Of a DNA stretch of 64,000 bases, positions 41,303 through 51,778 are shown one piece after another. How positions within the stretch are numbered: the stretch's first letter is position 1; each line of letters starts with the position of its first letter. The DNA comes from Hyphomicrobiales bacterium. Lineage in GTDB: Bacteria > Pseudomonadota > Alphaproteobacteria > Rhizobiales > Methyloligellaceae. The stretch is taken from assembly GCA_021775525.1 (NCBI GenBank), contig JAJFHQ010000097.1, positions 244 through 64,243 on the forward strand, in the 5' to 3' direction. A model generated the notes under the pieces. The model saw nothing but the letters and a program-made list of their open reading frames with translations. It was not told the DNA's origin and did not search any database. The translations under genes and the position numbers were made by a program.

Positions 41303-42202
41303 ATGCGATATCTTGCCAAACATGGTCCAACCATTGTCAGACGGATAATGCCCTTGGCAATCGCTGCGCCGATCATGCTGGCTGGCCTGAGCCTGACTGT
41401 GCCCGTCTCGCAGGAACTCTCCGCTGCCACCCAGCACACCCGCTTTGCCGCCGTTTACTCAATACGTTTCGCCGGCATTACCCTTGGCAAGTTCGAGGTG
41501 TGGTCAAATCTGAACGATGACAGCTATTCGATGCGCGCGAAGGGCGGACTCAAATTCATCACCGGATTGCTGTTCGAGATCAGTGGCGGCACAACAACCA
41601 CCGGCGCCGTGACCGAGAACGGACCAATACCCTCAACCTTTGCATTCGACTTCAAAACCAAAAAGAACAGGGGTGAGCTTGCTATGATGTTCGATGGCAA
41701 CGCGGTCTCACACGTGATGGCCAAGCCGCCATTCGTTGAAAACCTGAAGGACATCCCCGTCACCGCGGCTCATGTCAAAGGTGTACTCGACCCCCTGAGC
41801 GCCATGTTCTTTACAGCAAAGACGGGAAAACATAATGCCGACGGGTCAATCTGCCCGGCTCGCATTCCCGTGTTCGACGGCAAGCAGCGCTTCGATCTGC
41901 TTCTATCGCACAAGAAAACCGTCAAGATCAAAAAGAAGCGCGGTAAAGGCAAATTCCGCGGCACGGCGGTCGTATGCCGGATCAAATATGTACCCATTGC
42001 CGGTTACAAGCCGAGCAATGCAGGCGTCAAATTCATGTCGACAACCAAAGACATCGAGGTTTGGCTCATCAAGGTGCCCAATAATGGCATGTACGTGCCC
42101 TACCACGTGACCATCCCGACACCCTATGGTAAGGCATCCGCCACTTCGACAGCGTTTAATGTCGAAATTCCCGGGCAAAAGAAAATCACCGTCATCCACT
42201 GA
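41303..42202 (+). CDS. DUF3108 domain-containing protein (secreted)
   Basis: 299 aa with a signal-like N-terminus and beta-rich repeats (YSIRFAGITLGKFEVWSNL...YSMRAKGGLKF...), as in DUF3108. It is divergent from rpmB. Confidence 0.7.
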   Translation: MRYLAKHGPTIVRRIMPLAIAAPIMLAGLSLTVPVSQELSAATQHTRFAAVYSIRFAGITLGKFEVWSNLNDDSYSMRAKGGLKFITGLLFEISGGTTTTGAVTENGPIPSTFAFDFKTKKNRGELAMMFDGNAVSHVMAKPPFVENLKDIPVTAAHVKGVLDPLSAMFFTAKTGKHNADGSICPARIPVFDGKQRFDLLLSHKKTVKIKKKRGKGKFRGTAVVCRIKYVPIAGYKPSNAGVKFMSTTKDIEVWLIKVPNNGMYVPYHVTIPTPYGKASATSTAFNVEIPGQKKITVIH

Positions 42203-42696
42203 CGCCAAAACTCAGAAACCCGACATTTCGTTCCTGAACACGCATTAAGACTTTTCCCCGTTCGGCGCGCTCGAGTGGTGTTTCGTGGTGGCAAATCGTT
42301 AACGCGACAGCCCCCGGAATCAACATCTGGTATGGAACAGGCCGGGAATATTAACACTCTCCTGATTCGGACCCGGTTCGTTCGCGCTCCCTTCAATTTA
42401 TTAATAGAACGGGTCAATCCTAGGGTGGTCATGACGCCTCGCATATGTTTCATACTGGATAGCCTGTTAATAAACGGGGGATAATAATTGCGGCATTACA
42501 GAGTGCCAGGAGTGGATTTGGTTTCCACTCCCGGAACTTCGCACAACATGTCGTAGTGAACGAAAATTGAATCTCGGCGAGTCAGCGATTCGGACAGGTT
42601 TTGTTCTGGTATCGTTCTATTTGTTAATGCCACGACCTGTTTTTGCCCTTAAATGTGCAGTATCCAGCGCTTTTCCTGTCCTCTAGGGTCATCGCA

Positions 42697-45666
42697 ATGA
42701 GTAATCACTTCCCCCGGGACGATGGCCATCATGACCGCGGAGTCACCGCGGTTCTCGGCCCCACCAATACCGGAAAAACACATCTTGCCATCGAACGCAT
42801 GCTTGGACATGAGAGCGGGATGATCGGACTGCCGCTGCGTCTGTTGGCGCGCGAGGTCTACGACAAGGTTGCGAGAGCGGCCGGCGCGGGGAATGTAGCG
42901 CTCATCACGGGCGAAGAAAAAATCCTACCCGCCAGGCCGCGCTACTATGTCTGCACGGTCGAAGCCATGCCGCGCGATATCGACGTTGCCTTCCTGGCGG
43001 TTGACGAAGTCCAACTCGCCGCCGATCCCGAACGCGGCCACGTGTTCACGCGCCATCTGTTACACGCACGCGGCACATCGGAAACGCTGCTGCTGGGCGC
43101 TGCGACCATGAAGGGCGCGATCATCGATTTGCTGCCCGGCGCCAACATCATCTCGCGCCCGCGCCTTTCAAAGCTGAGTTATGCAGGGCAGAAGAAAATC
43201 TCGCGCCTTCCGCGCCGTTCGGCAATCGTCACCTTTGCAGCTAACGAGGTCTACGCCATTGCCGAACTGGTGCGCCGCCAGCGTGGTGGTACGGCGGTGG
43301 TTCTGGGTGCGCTCAGCCCAAAGACGCGCAACGCCCAGGTCGAGCTTTACCAGAATGGCGAAGTAGACTTTCTCATTGCCACCGATGCTGTTGGCATGGG
43401 ACTCAATCTTGACGTCGACCATGTGGCCTTCGCCTCGCTGCACAAATTTGATGGCCAGCAGCACCGCGAATTGACGAATGCTGAAATTGGCCAGGTCGCC
43501 GGGCGCGCAGGGCGACACCTCAATGACGGCACTTTTGGCGTAACAGGCCAGGTTGAACCATTCGATCAGGCCCGGGTGGCGGCCCTTGAAGCGCATGAAT
43601 TCGAGCCGGTCAAAGTTTTGCAATGGCGCAACGGCAAACTTGATTTCACCTCCATTCAGCGCTTGAAGGAGAGCCTGCGGGTCACCCCGAATGAGCCTCG
43701 ACTGACACGGGGTCGCATGGTGGATGACCTTATTGCGCTGGAAAATGTCTCCCGGGATAAAAAAGTCCAGGCGCTTGCCGGCGGTCCCGCGGCTGTCGCC
43801 CGGTTGTGGGAAGTGTGCGGCATCCCGGACTACAGGAAGATCTCCGGGACCGACCATGCCGAGCTCGTAACCCGGCTCTACGGGTTTCTAATGAGCGATG
43901 AAGGGTATATTCCCGAAGACTGGTTTACAGAACAGGTGCGCCATGCGGAGAACACGCAAGGCGGCATTGACACGCTGGCCAACCGCATATCTCACATCAG
44001 GACATGGACCTTCGTCTCACACCGGTCCGACTGGTTGGCTGATCCAAATCATTGGCAGGAGCGCACACGTGCAATAGAAGACAAATTGTCGGATGCTCTG
44101 CACGAGCGCCTGACCCAGCGTTTTGTAGACCGGCGCACCAGTGTGCTGATGAAACGGTTGCGCGACAAGGATACACTGAATGCGGAGATTGAAGCAGATG
44201 GAGCCGTCTATGTTGAAAGGCATTTTGTTGGTCGGCTGGAGGGTTTCAGATTCTCCCCCGACAAAAGCGCCGATGGTGTCCATGGCAAGGCGGCAAGACA
44301 CGCGGCGGCAAAGGTAATGGCTGAGGAATTCGCAGAACGCGCAAAACGCCTGATCGAGGCCAAGGCTGAAGACATAGCCCTGACACGCACCGGCCAAATT
44401 ATGTGGGAGGGTGCCGAGATTGCCCGGCTCGAGGCCGGCGATAGCGTGCTGAAGCCTGCTCTTGCGATCCAAGCCGATGAGTTTCTCAGCTCACCCGACG
44501 CAGACCGGGTCATGGGCAAACTCTCCGAACGGCTTAATGCAGTCATTGATGAGCGGCTCAAACCCCTCATCGAGATGAGCAAGGCTGAGGATATTTCCGG
44601 CCTGGCGCGTGGTGTCGCCTTTCAGCTGGTCGAGAATCTGGGCGTACTGAAACGCGAGGATGTGGCAGAAGATATCCGCCAGCTTGACCAGGAAGCCCGT
44701 GGCCAGTTGCGCCGCTTCGGAGTTCGGTTTGGCGCATACAATATTTTCATGCCCGCACTTCTGAAGCCAGCAGCCAATGACCTTGTGGTGCTTCTGTGGG
44801 CACTGCAACACGGGAAAGACCACGGCATGGAGGTGGCGACACTGCCTGAGCCACCTCGCGGGGGGCTGACCTCCGCCGCCGCCGACCCCAAGCTTGCCGA
44901 GCCGTTTTACCGGACGGCCGGGTATCACCATTGCGGCATGCGCGTGGTGCGCATCGATATGCTGGAACGCCTTGCCGACATGATCCGCCCGCTGGTGTCA
45001 TGGCGGCAGAAAAAACCGCCCAAGGAAGCTCCTGAAGTTAAAACCAAAAGTGAAGCCCCCGAAACCGGAACCGAGAAACCAGCAGAGAGCAAGCCAGCTG
45101 ACGCTGGGAAAGAGGAGCCGCCCAAAGAGGTTGAAAAACCTGATCAGGCAACTCCGCCCGAGGGCGCCACGGGCAATGGAGGTTTCCGGGTCACTCCGGA
45201 CATGATGTCGATTGTCGGTTGCTCGGGTGAAGAGTTCGCATCGGTACTCAAGGTGCTCGGGTTTCAGTGCCAGCGTCGCCCCCTTGCCGCGGGAAAGCAG
45301 GAAGCCGCCACTGGGGCAAATGTCAACGGCATGGCGACCGAGGACAGCGCAACGCCTCCCGGGGATGAAACTAAAGCGGCAAATGAGCCGCCCATGGAAG
45401 AGATATGGCGTCCCCGGCGCAAGGCACCGCATGGTGAGGCACGACAGGAACAGGGCAGAAAATCCCGGACCGGGAAAGGAGCATCAGCAAAGGCTGGAAA
45501 AGACCGGGGCAAGGGCAGCCACAAGGGCAAAAGTGCGGCATCTCGCAGGGCAAAACCCAATACCCGGCGTAAACCACCGGAAAAACCCATCGATCCGGAT
45601 TCACCCTTCGCCGCTTTGAAAGACCTAAAACGTGATCTCGAAACCCGCGTCAAAGACGGTGCCTGA
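42697..45666 (+). CDS. helicase-related protein (superfamily 2, Suv3-like) with a long low-complexity basic/acidic tail
   Basis: The start is taken at ATG 42697 (MSNHFPRDDG...), while the track starts at TTG 42643. It has a Walker A motif GPTNTGKTH, a DEAD-like LAVDEVQL, and helicase C motifs (ATDAVGMGLNL, QVAGRAGR). The C-terminal ~200 aa are K/E/P/A-rich. Confidence 0.85.
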   Translation: MSNHFPRDDGHHDRGVTAVLGPTNTGKTHLAIERMLGHESGMIGLPLRLLAREVYDKVARAAGAGNVALITGEEKILPARPRYYVCTVEAMPRDIDVAFLAVDEVQLAADPERGHVFTRHLLHARGTSETLLLGAATMKGAIIDLLPGANIISRPRLSKLSYAGQKKISRLPRRSAIVTFAANEVYAIAELVRRQRGGTAVVLGALSPKTRNAQVELYQNGEVDFLIATDAVGMGLNLDVDHVAFASLHKFDGQQHRELTNAEIGQVAGRAGRHLNDGTFGVTGQVEPFDQARVAALEAHEFEPVKVLQWRNGKLDFTSIQRLKESLRVTPNEPRLTRGRMVDDLIALENVSRDKKVQALAGGPAAVARLWEVCGIPDYRKISGTDHAELVTRLYGFLMSDEGYIPEDWFTEQVRHAENTQGGIDTLANRISHIRTWTFVSHRSDWLADPNHWQERTRAIEDKLSDALHERLTQRFVDRRTSVLMKRLRDKDTLNAEIEADGAVYVERHFVGRLEGFRFSPDKSADGVHGKAARHAAAKVMAEEFAERAKRLIEAKAEDIALTRTGQIMWEGAEIARLEAGDSVLKPALAIQADEFLSSPDADRVMGKLSERLNAVIDERLKPLIEMSKAEDISGLARGVAFQLVENLGVLKREDVAEDIRQLDQEARGQLRRFGVRFGAYNIFMPALLKPAANDLVVLLWALQHGKDHGMEVATLPEPPRGGLTSAAADPKLAEPFYRTAGYHHCGMRVVRIDMLERLADMIRPLVSWRQKKPPKEAPEVKTKSEAPETGTEKPAESKPADAGKEEPPKEVEKPDQATPPEGATGNGGFRVTPDMMSIVGCSGEEFASVLKVLGFQCQRRPLAAGKQEAATGANVNGMATEDSATPPGDETKAANEPPMEEIWRPRRKAPHGEARQEQGRKSRTGKGASAKAGKDRGKGSHKGKSAASRRAKPNTRRKPPEKPIDPDSPFAALKDLKRDLETRVKDGA

Positions 45667-46072
45667 CACTAGCCCTGTTGAACGCCAGCGTCTGGACAAG
45701 TGGCTCTGGTTCACACGCATTGCAAAAACACGGACATTGGCAACTCGGCTGGTCGAGACCGGCAAGGCCCGTATCAACCGCGCCCGCGTGACCAAGGCGA
45801 GCCGCACTGTGCAGCCCGGTGATGTCATTACACTGGTGATTCACGAACAGGTGCGTGTTCTAAAGGTCTTGGCCTGCGGGACGCGCCGCGGCCCGGCAGC
45901 CGAAGCTCGTGAGCTGTATGAGGATATGAGCCCGCCACCGCTGAAACACGAAACCGCCATCAAGGCGCCGCCTTCACCCGCGCAGCGGGAGAAGGGAGCC
46001 GGGCGCCCGACCAAACGTGATCGCAGGCAAATGCTCGCCTGGTTGTTCAATAAACAATCATCATCCGAATAG
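45632..46072 (+). CDS. RNA-binding S4 domain-containing protein (Hsp15-like)
   Basis: The S4 fold pattern is RLDKWLWFTRIAKTRTLATRLVETGKARINRARV. GTG 45632 or GTG 45659 could be the start, and both overlap the helicase 3' end. Confidence 0.82.
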   Translation: MISKPASKTVPDTSPVERQRLDKWLWFTRIAKTRTLATRLVETGKARINRARVTKASRTVQPGDVITLVIHEQVRVLKVLACGTRRGPAAEARELYEDMSPPPLKHETAIKAPPSPAQREKGAGRPTKRDRRQMLAWLFNKQSSSE

Positions 46073-46207
46073 TGCTACTTCATGTCCTCCTAAGCGGCTT
46101 GAGCAAGGGTCATGATTGTACTACTAAGTCGCGCTGGCCCTCACCTGCGTCGCGCAGACGATTGCCCGAGGCACTGCCACTGAGTGACATCGACCGGAGA
46201 CATTTGA

Positions 46208-46546
46208 ATGACGTATATCGTCAACGAAAACTGCATCAAGTGCAAATACACCGACTGTGTCGAAGTGTGCCCCGTCGATTGTTTCTATGAAGGCGAGAAC
46301 ATGCTCGTCATCCATCCAGATGAATGCATCGATTGCGGTGTGTGCGAGCCCGAATGCCCGGTTGAGGCGATCAAGCCCGATACCGAGCCCGATCTGGAGA
46401 AATGGCTCGAGGTCAATCGCGACTTTTCTGAAAAATGGCCCAATATCACCGCCAAAAAAGATGCGCCGCCCAATGCGGACGATTTTGTCGAGGAAACGGG
46501 CAAGTTTGACAAATACTTCTCCGACAAACCAGGTGAAGGCGACTAG
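46208..46546 (+). CDS. fdxA: ferredoxin FdxA (7Fe, 3Fe-4S plus 4Fe-4S)
   Basis: 112 aa reading [29 protein letters not shown]...[12 protein letters not shown], the textbook 7Fe ferredoxin cysteine pattern. Confidence 0.96.
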   Translation: MTYIVNENCIKCKYTDCVEVCPVDCFYEGENMLVIHPDECIDCGVCEPECPVEAIKPDTEPDLEKWLEVNRDFSEKWPNITAKKDAPPNADDFVEETGKFDKYFSDKPGEGD

Positions 46547-46788
46547 GGCATATTTAAAGAAGTCCGAGCCCCCCGCGCTCAGCCAACATCATAATGCAAG
46601 CGCAGAAAACCAAGGCATGGGTTGAAATAACAAGCGAGTTCCTCTGTTTTCGTATTAACCATAATCGCGCAATTGCAGGCGAGGACACGATAAATCCTCG
46701 ATCCGCCTCTCTGCACCGCTTCCGATTTGGCTAAAAATGTGTTACATTGGTGTTCGTAATGGCGCAGGCTGCCGTGGAATTGGAAAAA

Positions 46789-46812
46789 CCGCCCAATGGG
46801 CGGATTTTTTTT
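46789..46812 (+). terminator. Rho-independent terminator (orphan, 243 nt after the fdxA stop)
   Basis: The stem is CCGCCC (46789-46794) paired with GGGCGG (46798-46803), with loop AAT. A then an 8-T run follows (46805-46812). An A5 tract precedes the stem, so it could work in both directions. Confidence 0.7.
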
Positions 46813-47068
46813 CGACTCCCGGAAAAATGATACCGATCAAGCATTTGTTCAGTATCAGAACCACTCAAATTGAAGCAGTCGCGTCATTGTATAAGGAGCT
46901 CCCGGACACCATTTACCGGGGTATATCTCCTTAACTGAGCAGGGGCGGTGGCTGAGATGACTGGATTTTCCAGCCAACCTTCCTTTGCCTGCAGATGCGG
47001 GTGTCCCGAGGCAGCGCGCGACAGTACGTCTTGCGCGTTTGATGACCTGATATTGAGAAAGAGAGCGT

Positions 47069-47656
47069 ATGGCTGACAAGAAAAAACCCCAGCAGAGAAA
47101 AGGCTTTCGCACCAACGAGCAGATCGTTTACCCGGCACATGGCGTTGGCCGGATCGTATCGATCGATGAAGAGGAATTTGCGGGAGCAAAGCTCGAACTA
47201 TTCGTAATCAACTTCGAAAAAGACAAGATGACTCTGCGGGTTCCCACCGAGAAATCAGAACGCGTGGGCATGCGCAAGCTTTCGGCAGACAACGTCGTCA
47301 AGAAAGCCCTGACAACTCTGAAGGGCAAAGCGCGCGTAAAGCGCACCATGTGGAGCCGCCGGGCCCAGGAATATGAAGCCAAGATCAATTCCGGCTCATT
47401 GGTATCGATAGCCGAAGTGGTGCGTGATCTCTACCGCTCCGAGTCCCAGCCCGAGCAATCCTATTCCGAGCGTCAGCTTTACGAAGCAGCGCTGGACCGC
47501 ATGGCCCGTGAAGTCGCAGCGGTGCAGAAACTCGATGAAGAAGGCGCCATCGCTAAAATCGATGAAGTCCTCTCAAAGTCAGCGGCCAGCACTGCACAGG
47601 CGGCAGAGGCTGCACAGGCTGCACAGGACAGTGAGGATGCGCAGGCGGCTGCCTGA
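47069..47656 (+). CDS. carD: CarD family transcriptional regulator
   Basis: 195 aa. It has the CarD N-terminal Tudor-like region (FRTNEQIVYPAHGVGRIVSIDEEEFAGAKLELFVINF) and an alanine/glutamine-rich tail. Confidence 0.93.
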   Translation: MADKKKPQQRKGFRTNEQIVYPAHGVGRIVSIDEEEFAGAKLELFVINFEKDKMTLRVPTEKSERVGMRKLSADNVVKKALTTLKGKARVKRTMWSRRAQEYEAKINSGSLVSIAEVVRDLYRSESQPEQSYSERQLYEAALDRMAREVAAVQKLDEEGAIAKIDEVLSKSAASTAQAAEAAQAAQDSEDAQAAA

Positions 47657-47697
47657 ACCACTGCAATACTTCTTCCCGGTCTGACCGGAACAATAAA

Positions 47698-47735
47698 CCC
47701 GGTGCAATCATTGCACCGGGTTTTTCTTGTTTTTC
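47698..47735 (+). terminator. Rho-independent terminator of carD
   Basis: The stem is CCCGGTGCAA-TCA-TTGCACCGGG (47698-47720), followed by TTTTTCTTGTTTTT. Confidence 0.75.
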
Positions 47736-48009
47736 CAGACATCAGATTGTCAGAAAACTGCCAATTCCGGTCCCGGAACGCGGCACGCAACGGCGCGGGC
47801 GTATACTCGCGATACGTTTTATAAACACCAGAAAGTAGAGATTGCGGGAAAAGACCCATTCCCTGATCAACTAGTTATTCACCACTTGCGCGTAGTTATG
47901 GAAAGCAAATACTTCGCAGATAACGGCCATCAATTCATCGTTGTTTATTCAAGCAAACACAGTTTGATCGGTTCAACTGCGAAAAAAATGCCGAAACAAA
48001 TGGCGCGTT

Positions 48010-51000
48010 ATGGACCCGATCGACCAAGACATACCGACAGAGAATCCTGGCGGAAAAGCACTGATGGATGCGTTCAAGCGGTTGACGCCACGCTCCCACG
48101 TCCTCAATTCACTTCGGCTGATCATAGATGCCCACACCATTGTCTCGGTGGCCGATAGCACCGGGTGTATAATTTATACCAATGACAGGTTCTGCGAGGT
48201 CAGCAAATATTCCCGCGATGAACTGATCGGGCAAAATCATCGGATCGTCAAATCCGGTGAGCAATCCGAGTCTTTTTACGAGGAATTATGGTCAACGATC
48301 ACTTCGGGCAGTATGTGGACCGGGGTTGTTCATAACAGGGCCAAGGATGGCTCGCTCTACTGGATGCAATCGACAATCGCTCCGGTATTTGATGAACGCA
48401 ACAGGATTGTCGGCTACGGATCGATCGGGACCGATGTGACGGCGCATCGCCAGTTGATGATAAAGTTCCAGGACAATGAGCAAAGGGCCCAGGCCACCCT
48501 GAATTTAGCCATGGACGCGATCGATAGCGGCCTGAGGATGGTGGATGCCTCAGGGCGGATCATCAATACCAATGAATCCTATTCCGCGATGTATCCGGAG
48601 TGGGCCGAGTTAGAGCAACCTGGGCACCATCTGAGCGAGATTGTAAGCACTCAGCGTCCCGAATTCTCCGATGATGAAGTTGAGAACTTCACAAGGGAAA
48701 TCCTCTCGGCTGACAGCACCGAGCACCGCCGGCTAAGCGACGGACGCAGGGTCAAGATCCAACGTAAGGTACTGCCAAGCGGTGGTTTTGTATCCCTGCA
48801 CACCGATATCACCGATATTGTCGAACAGACCGAGAAGCTGGCAAATCAAGCCGCAATGATGGACCTGATGAATGCCGTCGCGGTTGAAGCAAACGAATCT
48901 CCCGATGCCGAATCTTCTTACGCAACTTGCCTGGAGCGCATCTGTGAATTTACTGGCTGGGAAGTGGGTCATGTCTTCCTTCCCTGTAACGATGGCACTG
49001 AACGTTGTCACTCGTCGGACCACTGGTATAGCTCTGAACGGGGAAAATTCACATCCTTCCAGGAAGTTACTGAACAATCGGTTTTTGACATTGGACAAGG
49101 TTTGCCGGGACGTGTTTTCCAGCACGGCAATGCAGAATGGTTACCCGAGATCCCGATGGACCCCACTTTCCTTCGAGCCAAGGCCGCAAGGCAGTCCGGC
49201 CTCAGGAGTGGCGCAGCGTTTCCGGTAAAAATCCGCGATAAGGTTGTCGCCGTACTTGAATTCTACTCGTCGAGAAAGATGGAGCCCAATCCGCAGCTTG
49301 ATAAGATCCTCTCACATGTTTGCACCCAGATAAGCCGGGTGGCTGAACGTGACCACTCCGAAAAAATCCTGATGACCCGTGTTGCGGCTGAACTGCGAAA
49401 GCGCGACCAGGAAGTGGTGGAGCAGAATGAACGGCTTGATGCCGCTCTGAAGAACATGACCCAGGGTTTGTGCATGTTCGATAGCGGGCAACGGCTCATT
49501 GTCTCGAATGACCGCTATGCGCAGATGTATGATTTGCCGCTAAAACTTCTCCAGCCCGGCATCACCCTGCGACAGATAATCGAACACCGTATCGAAAACG
49601 GCATCTATGCGGGCGCTAGCCCGGAGGAATATATTCAGGAGCGCATGGACTGGGTATCAAGCGGCAACTATTCAAATAAAATCCAGAAACTGAGCGATGG
49701 CCGTTCCATCTCGATTACCCACCAGCCCATGGCCGATGGCGGCTGGGTCACAACCCATGAAGACATCACCGAACGCATGGAGTCGGAAAAGGCCCTGCAG
49801 GAAAGCCAGGAACTGTTGTCAAAAGCATTCCGCGCCAGCCCTGCTGCCATGGCCATTTCCAATCCACACGACGGCACGCATATTGATGTGAACGAAACCT
49901 GGACAACCATGCTCGGCTATAGTCACGAACAGGCCATGGAGAGTTCCGCTCTTGGTCTCGGCATTTGGATAGATTCTGATGCTCGAGACCGTTTCGTCCA
50001 GCAGATAGCCACCGAAGGCTCCCTGAACGGTTTTGATACGACATTCAAAACCAAGGATGGGCGAATTCTTGATGTCCTGGTATCCGGCGAGACGGTGGAA
50101 ATTGGTGGCGAGCAACGATTGCTTGTGGTGTCACATGACATTACCGAACGCAAACGGGCTGAAGCTGCACTGCGCGAAAGTGAAAACCGATTCAAGGCCC
50201 TGGTTGAGAGCACCAACGTGGTGCCATGGGAATTCGACCCCCGGACTATGCGTTTTACGTATGTTGGACCTCAGGCTGTCGCGCTCTTCGGTTACCCTGT
50301 CGAGGATTGGTATTCAGAAGGTTTCTGGATGAAAACAATCCATCCCGATGATCGGGAGAAGACCATCCGGATTTGCGAGGAAGCAACCAAGAAATGCCAG
50401 GACCATGACTTTGAATACCGGGTTCTTACAGCTGACGGCGGCGAGATCTGGATCAGAGACGTGGTTTCAGTTGTCGTGGAGGCGGGTGCGGTCAAGGGAT
50501 TGCGCGGCGTAATCATCGACATTTCGGAACGGAAGAAAACCAGCGAAGCACTGGAACAGAGCGAACAGAGATTCAAGGATATCGTGGAAGTTTCTTCCGA
50601 CTGGATATGGGAGTGCAATGAAAACCTGAGATACACCTATTTGTCCGAGAGGTTCACACAGGTCACTGGGCAGCCCAGGGAAAAATTCCTTGGGAAAACA
50701 CGCCAGGAGATAGCCGAGAATTCCGGCCCTGAATGGGATGCTCATCTCGTAGATTTACAGGCTCGAAAGCCGTTCCGTGGCTTCATGTGTAATACACTTG
50801 ATGATGTCGGGGAGGCCCAACACTGGATGATCAGCGGGCGTCCAGTATTTGACTCCAGCGGAAAATTCAAAGGATACCGGGGAACGGGATCGGACCGGAC
50901 CGCCGAGGTCCGCGATGAAGCCGAACTTATCCGCCATCGCGACCACTTGCAGGACCTCGTCAACGAGGCAACTGCGGAACTCAATCAACGCGCTGATGAA

Positions 51001-51747
51001 CTACGCCTGGCTCTGGCCAAGGAAAAAGAGTTGAACGAGATGCAAAGCCAGTTCGTCTCCATGGCGAGTCATGAATTCCGTACCCCGCTGGCGATTATCG
51101 ATGGCGCGGCCCAGAGGCTGTTGCGGCGGGCCGAAATATTGACACCGGAGGATACTGCAAAGCGCGTTGAAAAGATTCGCAGTGCTGTCGGGCGCATGAC
51201 GCAATTGATGGAAAGCACCCTGGTTGCTGCAAGGCTGGAAGCCGGCCGGCCGACAATCCAGATCACTGACTGCTCCATCGGCACGATATTGCGCGAAATA
51301 TGCGATCGTCAGCAATTCATCGCTGAAAATCACAATATTTCCTGCAATGTTGGCGACCTGCCTGACGTCATTCAGGCCGATTCGACAGCCGTGGAGCAGA
51401 TTTTCACCAACCTGCTGTCAAACGCTGTCAAATACGCCCAGAACGCGCCCGATATCGAGATCACAGGACACATGGACGGAGAAACCGTCTTCATCCATGT
51501 ACGCGATCATGGCATCGGCATCGACGAGGATGACTTGCCCAACATGTTTCAGCGGTTTTTCCGTGCACGGACTTCCGCGGGAATTGCAGGAACAGGCATC
51601 GGTCTTAACCTCGTGAAAACCCTAGTCGAGTTACATGATGGGTCAATCACTGTTGAAAGCAAAAAGGGCGAAGGTTCTTTATTCAGCGTTCGCCTGCCGA
51701 TTAACGGTCCTGCCGCAGACAATGAAGCAGAAGGTCAGGCGGCCTAA
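48010..51747 (+). CDS. sensor histidine kinase with multiple PAS domains and a GAF domain
   Basis: 1245 aa. It has several PAS/PAC-like segments (e.g. YTNDRFCEVSKYSRDELIGQNHRIV, HDITERKRAEAALRESENRF, IIDISERKKTSEAL), a GAF-like segment, the H-box MASHEFRTPLAIIDG, and HATPase motifs (NLLSNAVKY, DHGIGI, GTGIGLNLV). I noticed no TM segment. Confidence 0.9.
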   Translation: MDPIDQDIPTENPGGKALMDAFKRLTPRSHVLNSLRLIIDAHTIVSVADSTGCIIYTNDRFCEVSKYSRDELIGQNHRIVKSGEQSESFYEELWSTITSGSMWTGVVHNRAKDGSLYWMQSTIAPVFDERNRIVGYGSIGTDVTAHRQLMIKFQDNEQRAQATLNLAMDAIDSGLRMVDASGRIINTNESYSAMYPEWAELEQPGHHLSEIVSTQRPEFSDDEVENFTREILSADSTEHRRLSDGRRVKIQRKVLPSGGFVSLHTDITDIVEQTEKLANQAAMMDLMNAVAVEANESPDAESSYATCLERICEFTGWEVGHVFLPCNDGTERCHSSDHWYSSERGKFTSFQEVTEQSVFDIGQGLPGRVFQHGNAEWLPEIPMDPTFLRAKAARQSGLRSGAAFPVKIRDKVVAVLEFYSSRKMEPNPQLDKILSHVCTQISRVAERDHSEKILMTRVAAELRKRDQEVVEQNERLDAALKNMTQGLCMFDSGQRLIVSNDRYAQMYDLPLKLLQPGITLRQIIEHRIENGIYAGASPEEYIQERMDWVSSGNYSNKIQKLSDGRSISITHQPMADGGWVTTHEDITERMESEKALQESQELLSKAFRASPAAMAISNPHDGTHIDVNETWTTMLGYSHEQAMESSALGLGIWIDSDARDRFVQQIATEGSLNGFDTTFKTKDGRILDVLVSGETVEIGGEQRLLVVSHDITERKRAEAALRESENRFKALVESTNVVPWEFDPRTMRFTYVGPQAVALFGYPVEDWYSEGFWMKTIHPDDREKTIRICEEATKKCQDHDFEYRVLTADGGEIWIRDVVSVVVEAGAVKGLRGVIIDISERKKTSEALEQSEQRFKDIVEVSSDWIWECNENLRYTYLSERFTQVTGQPREKFLGKTRQEIAENSGPEWDAHLVDLQARKPFRGFMCNTLDDVGEAQHWMISGRPVFDSSGKFKGYRGTGSDRTAEVRDEAELIRHRDHLQDLVNEATAELNQRADELRLALAKEKELNEMQSQFVSMASHEFRTPLAIIDGAAQRLLRRAEILTPEDTAKRVEKIRSAVGRMTQLMESTLVAARLEAGRPTIQITDCSIGTILREICDRQQFIAENHNISCNVGDLPDVIQADSTAVEQIFTNLLSNAVKYAQNAPDIEITGHMDGETVFIHVRDHGIGIDEDDLPNMFQRFFRARTSAGIAGTGIGLNLVKTLVELHDGSITVESKKGEGSLFSVRLPINGPAADNEAEGQAA

Positions 51748-51778
51748 GATTTGTAAAATTGAGTATGAGGAGAAGACC

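Noticed and set aside
46737-46934. 65-aa ORF in the fdxA-carD spacer
   Set aside because: It reads straight through a strong intrinsic terminator hairpin and T8 tract, and it has no SD.
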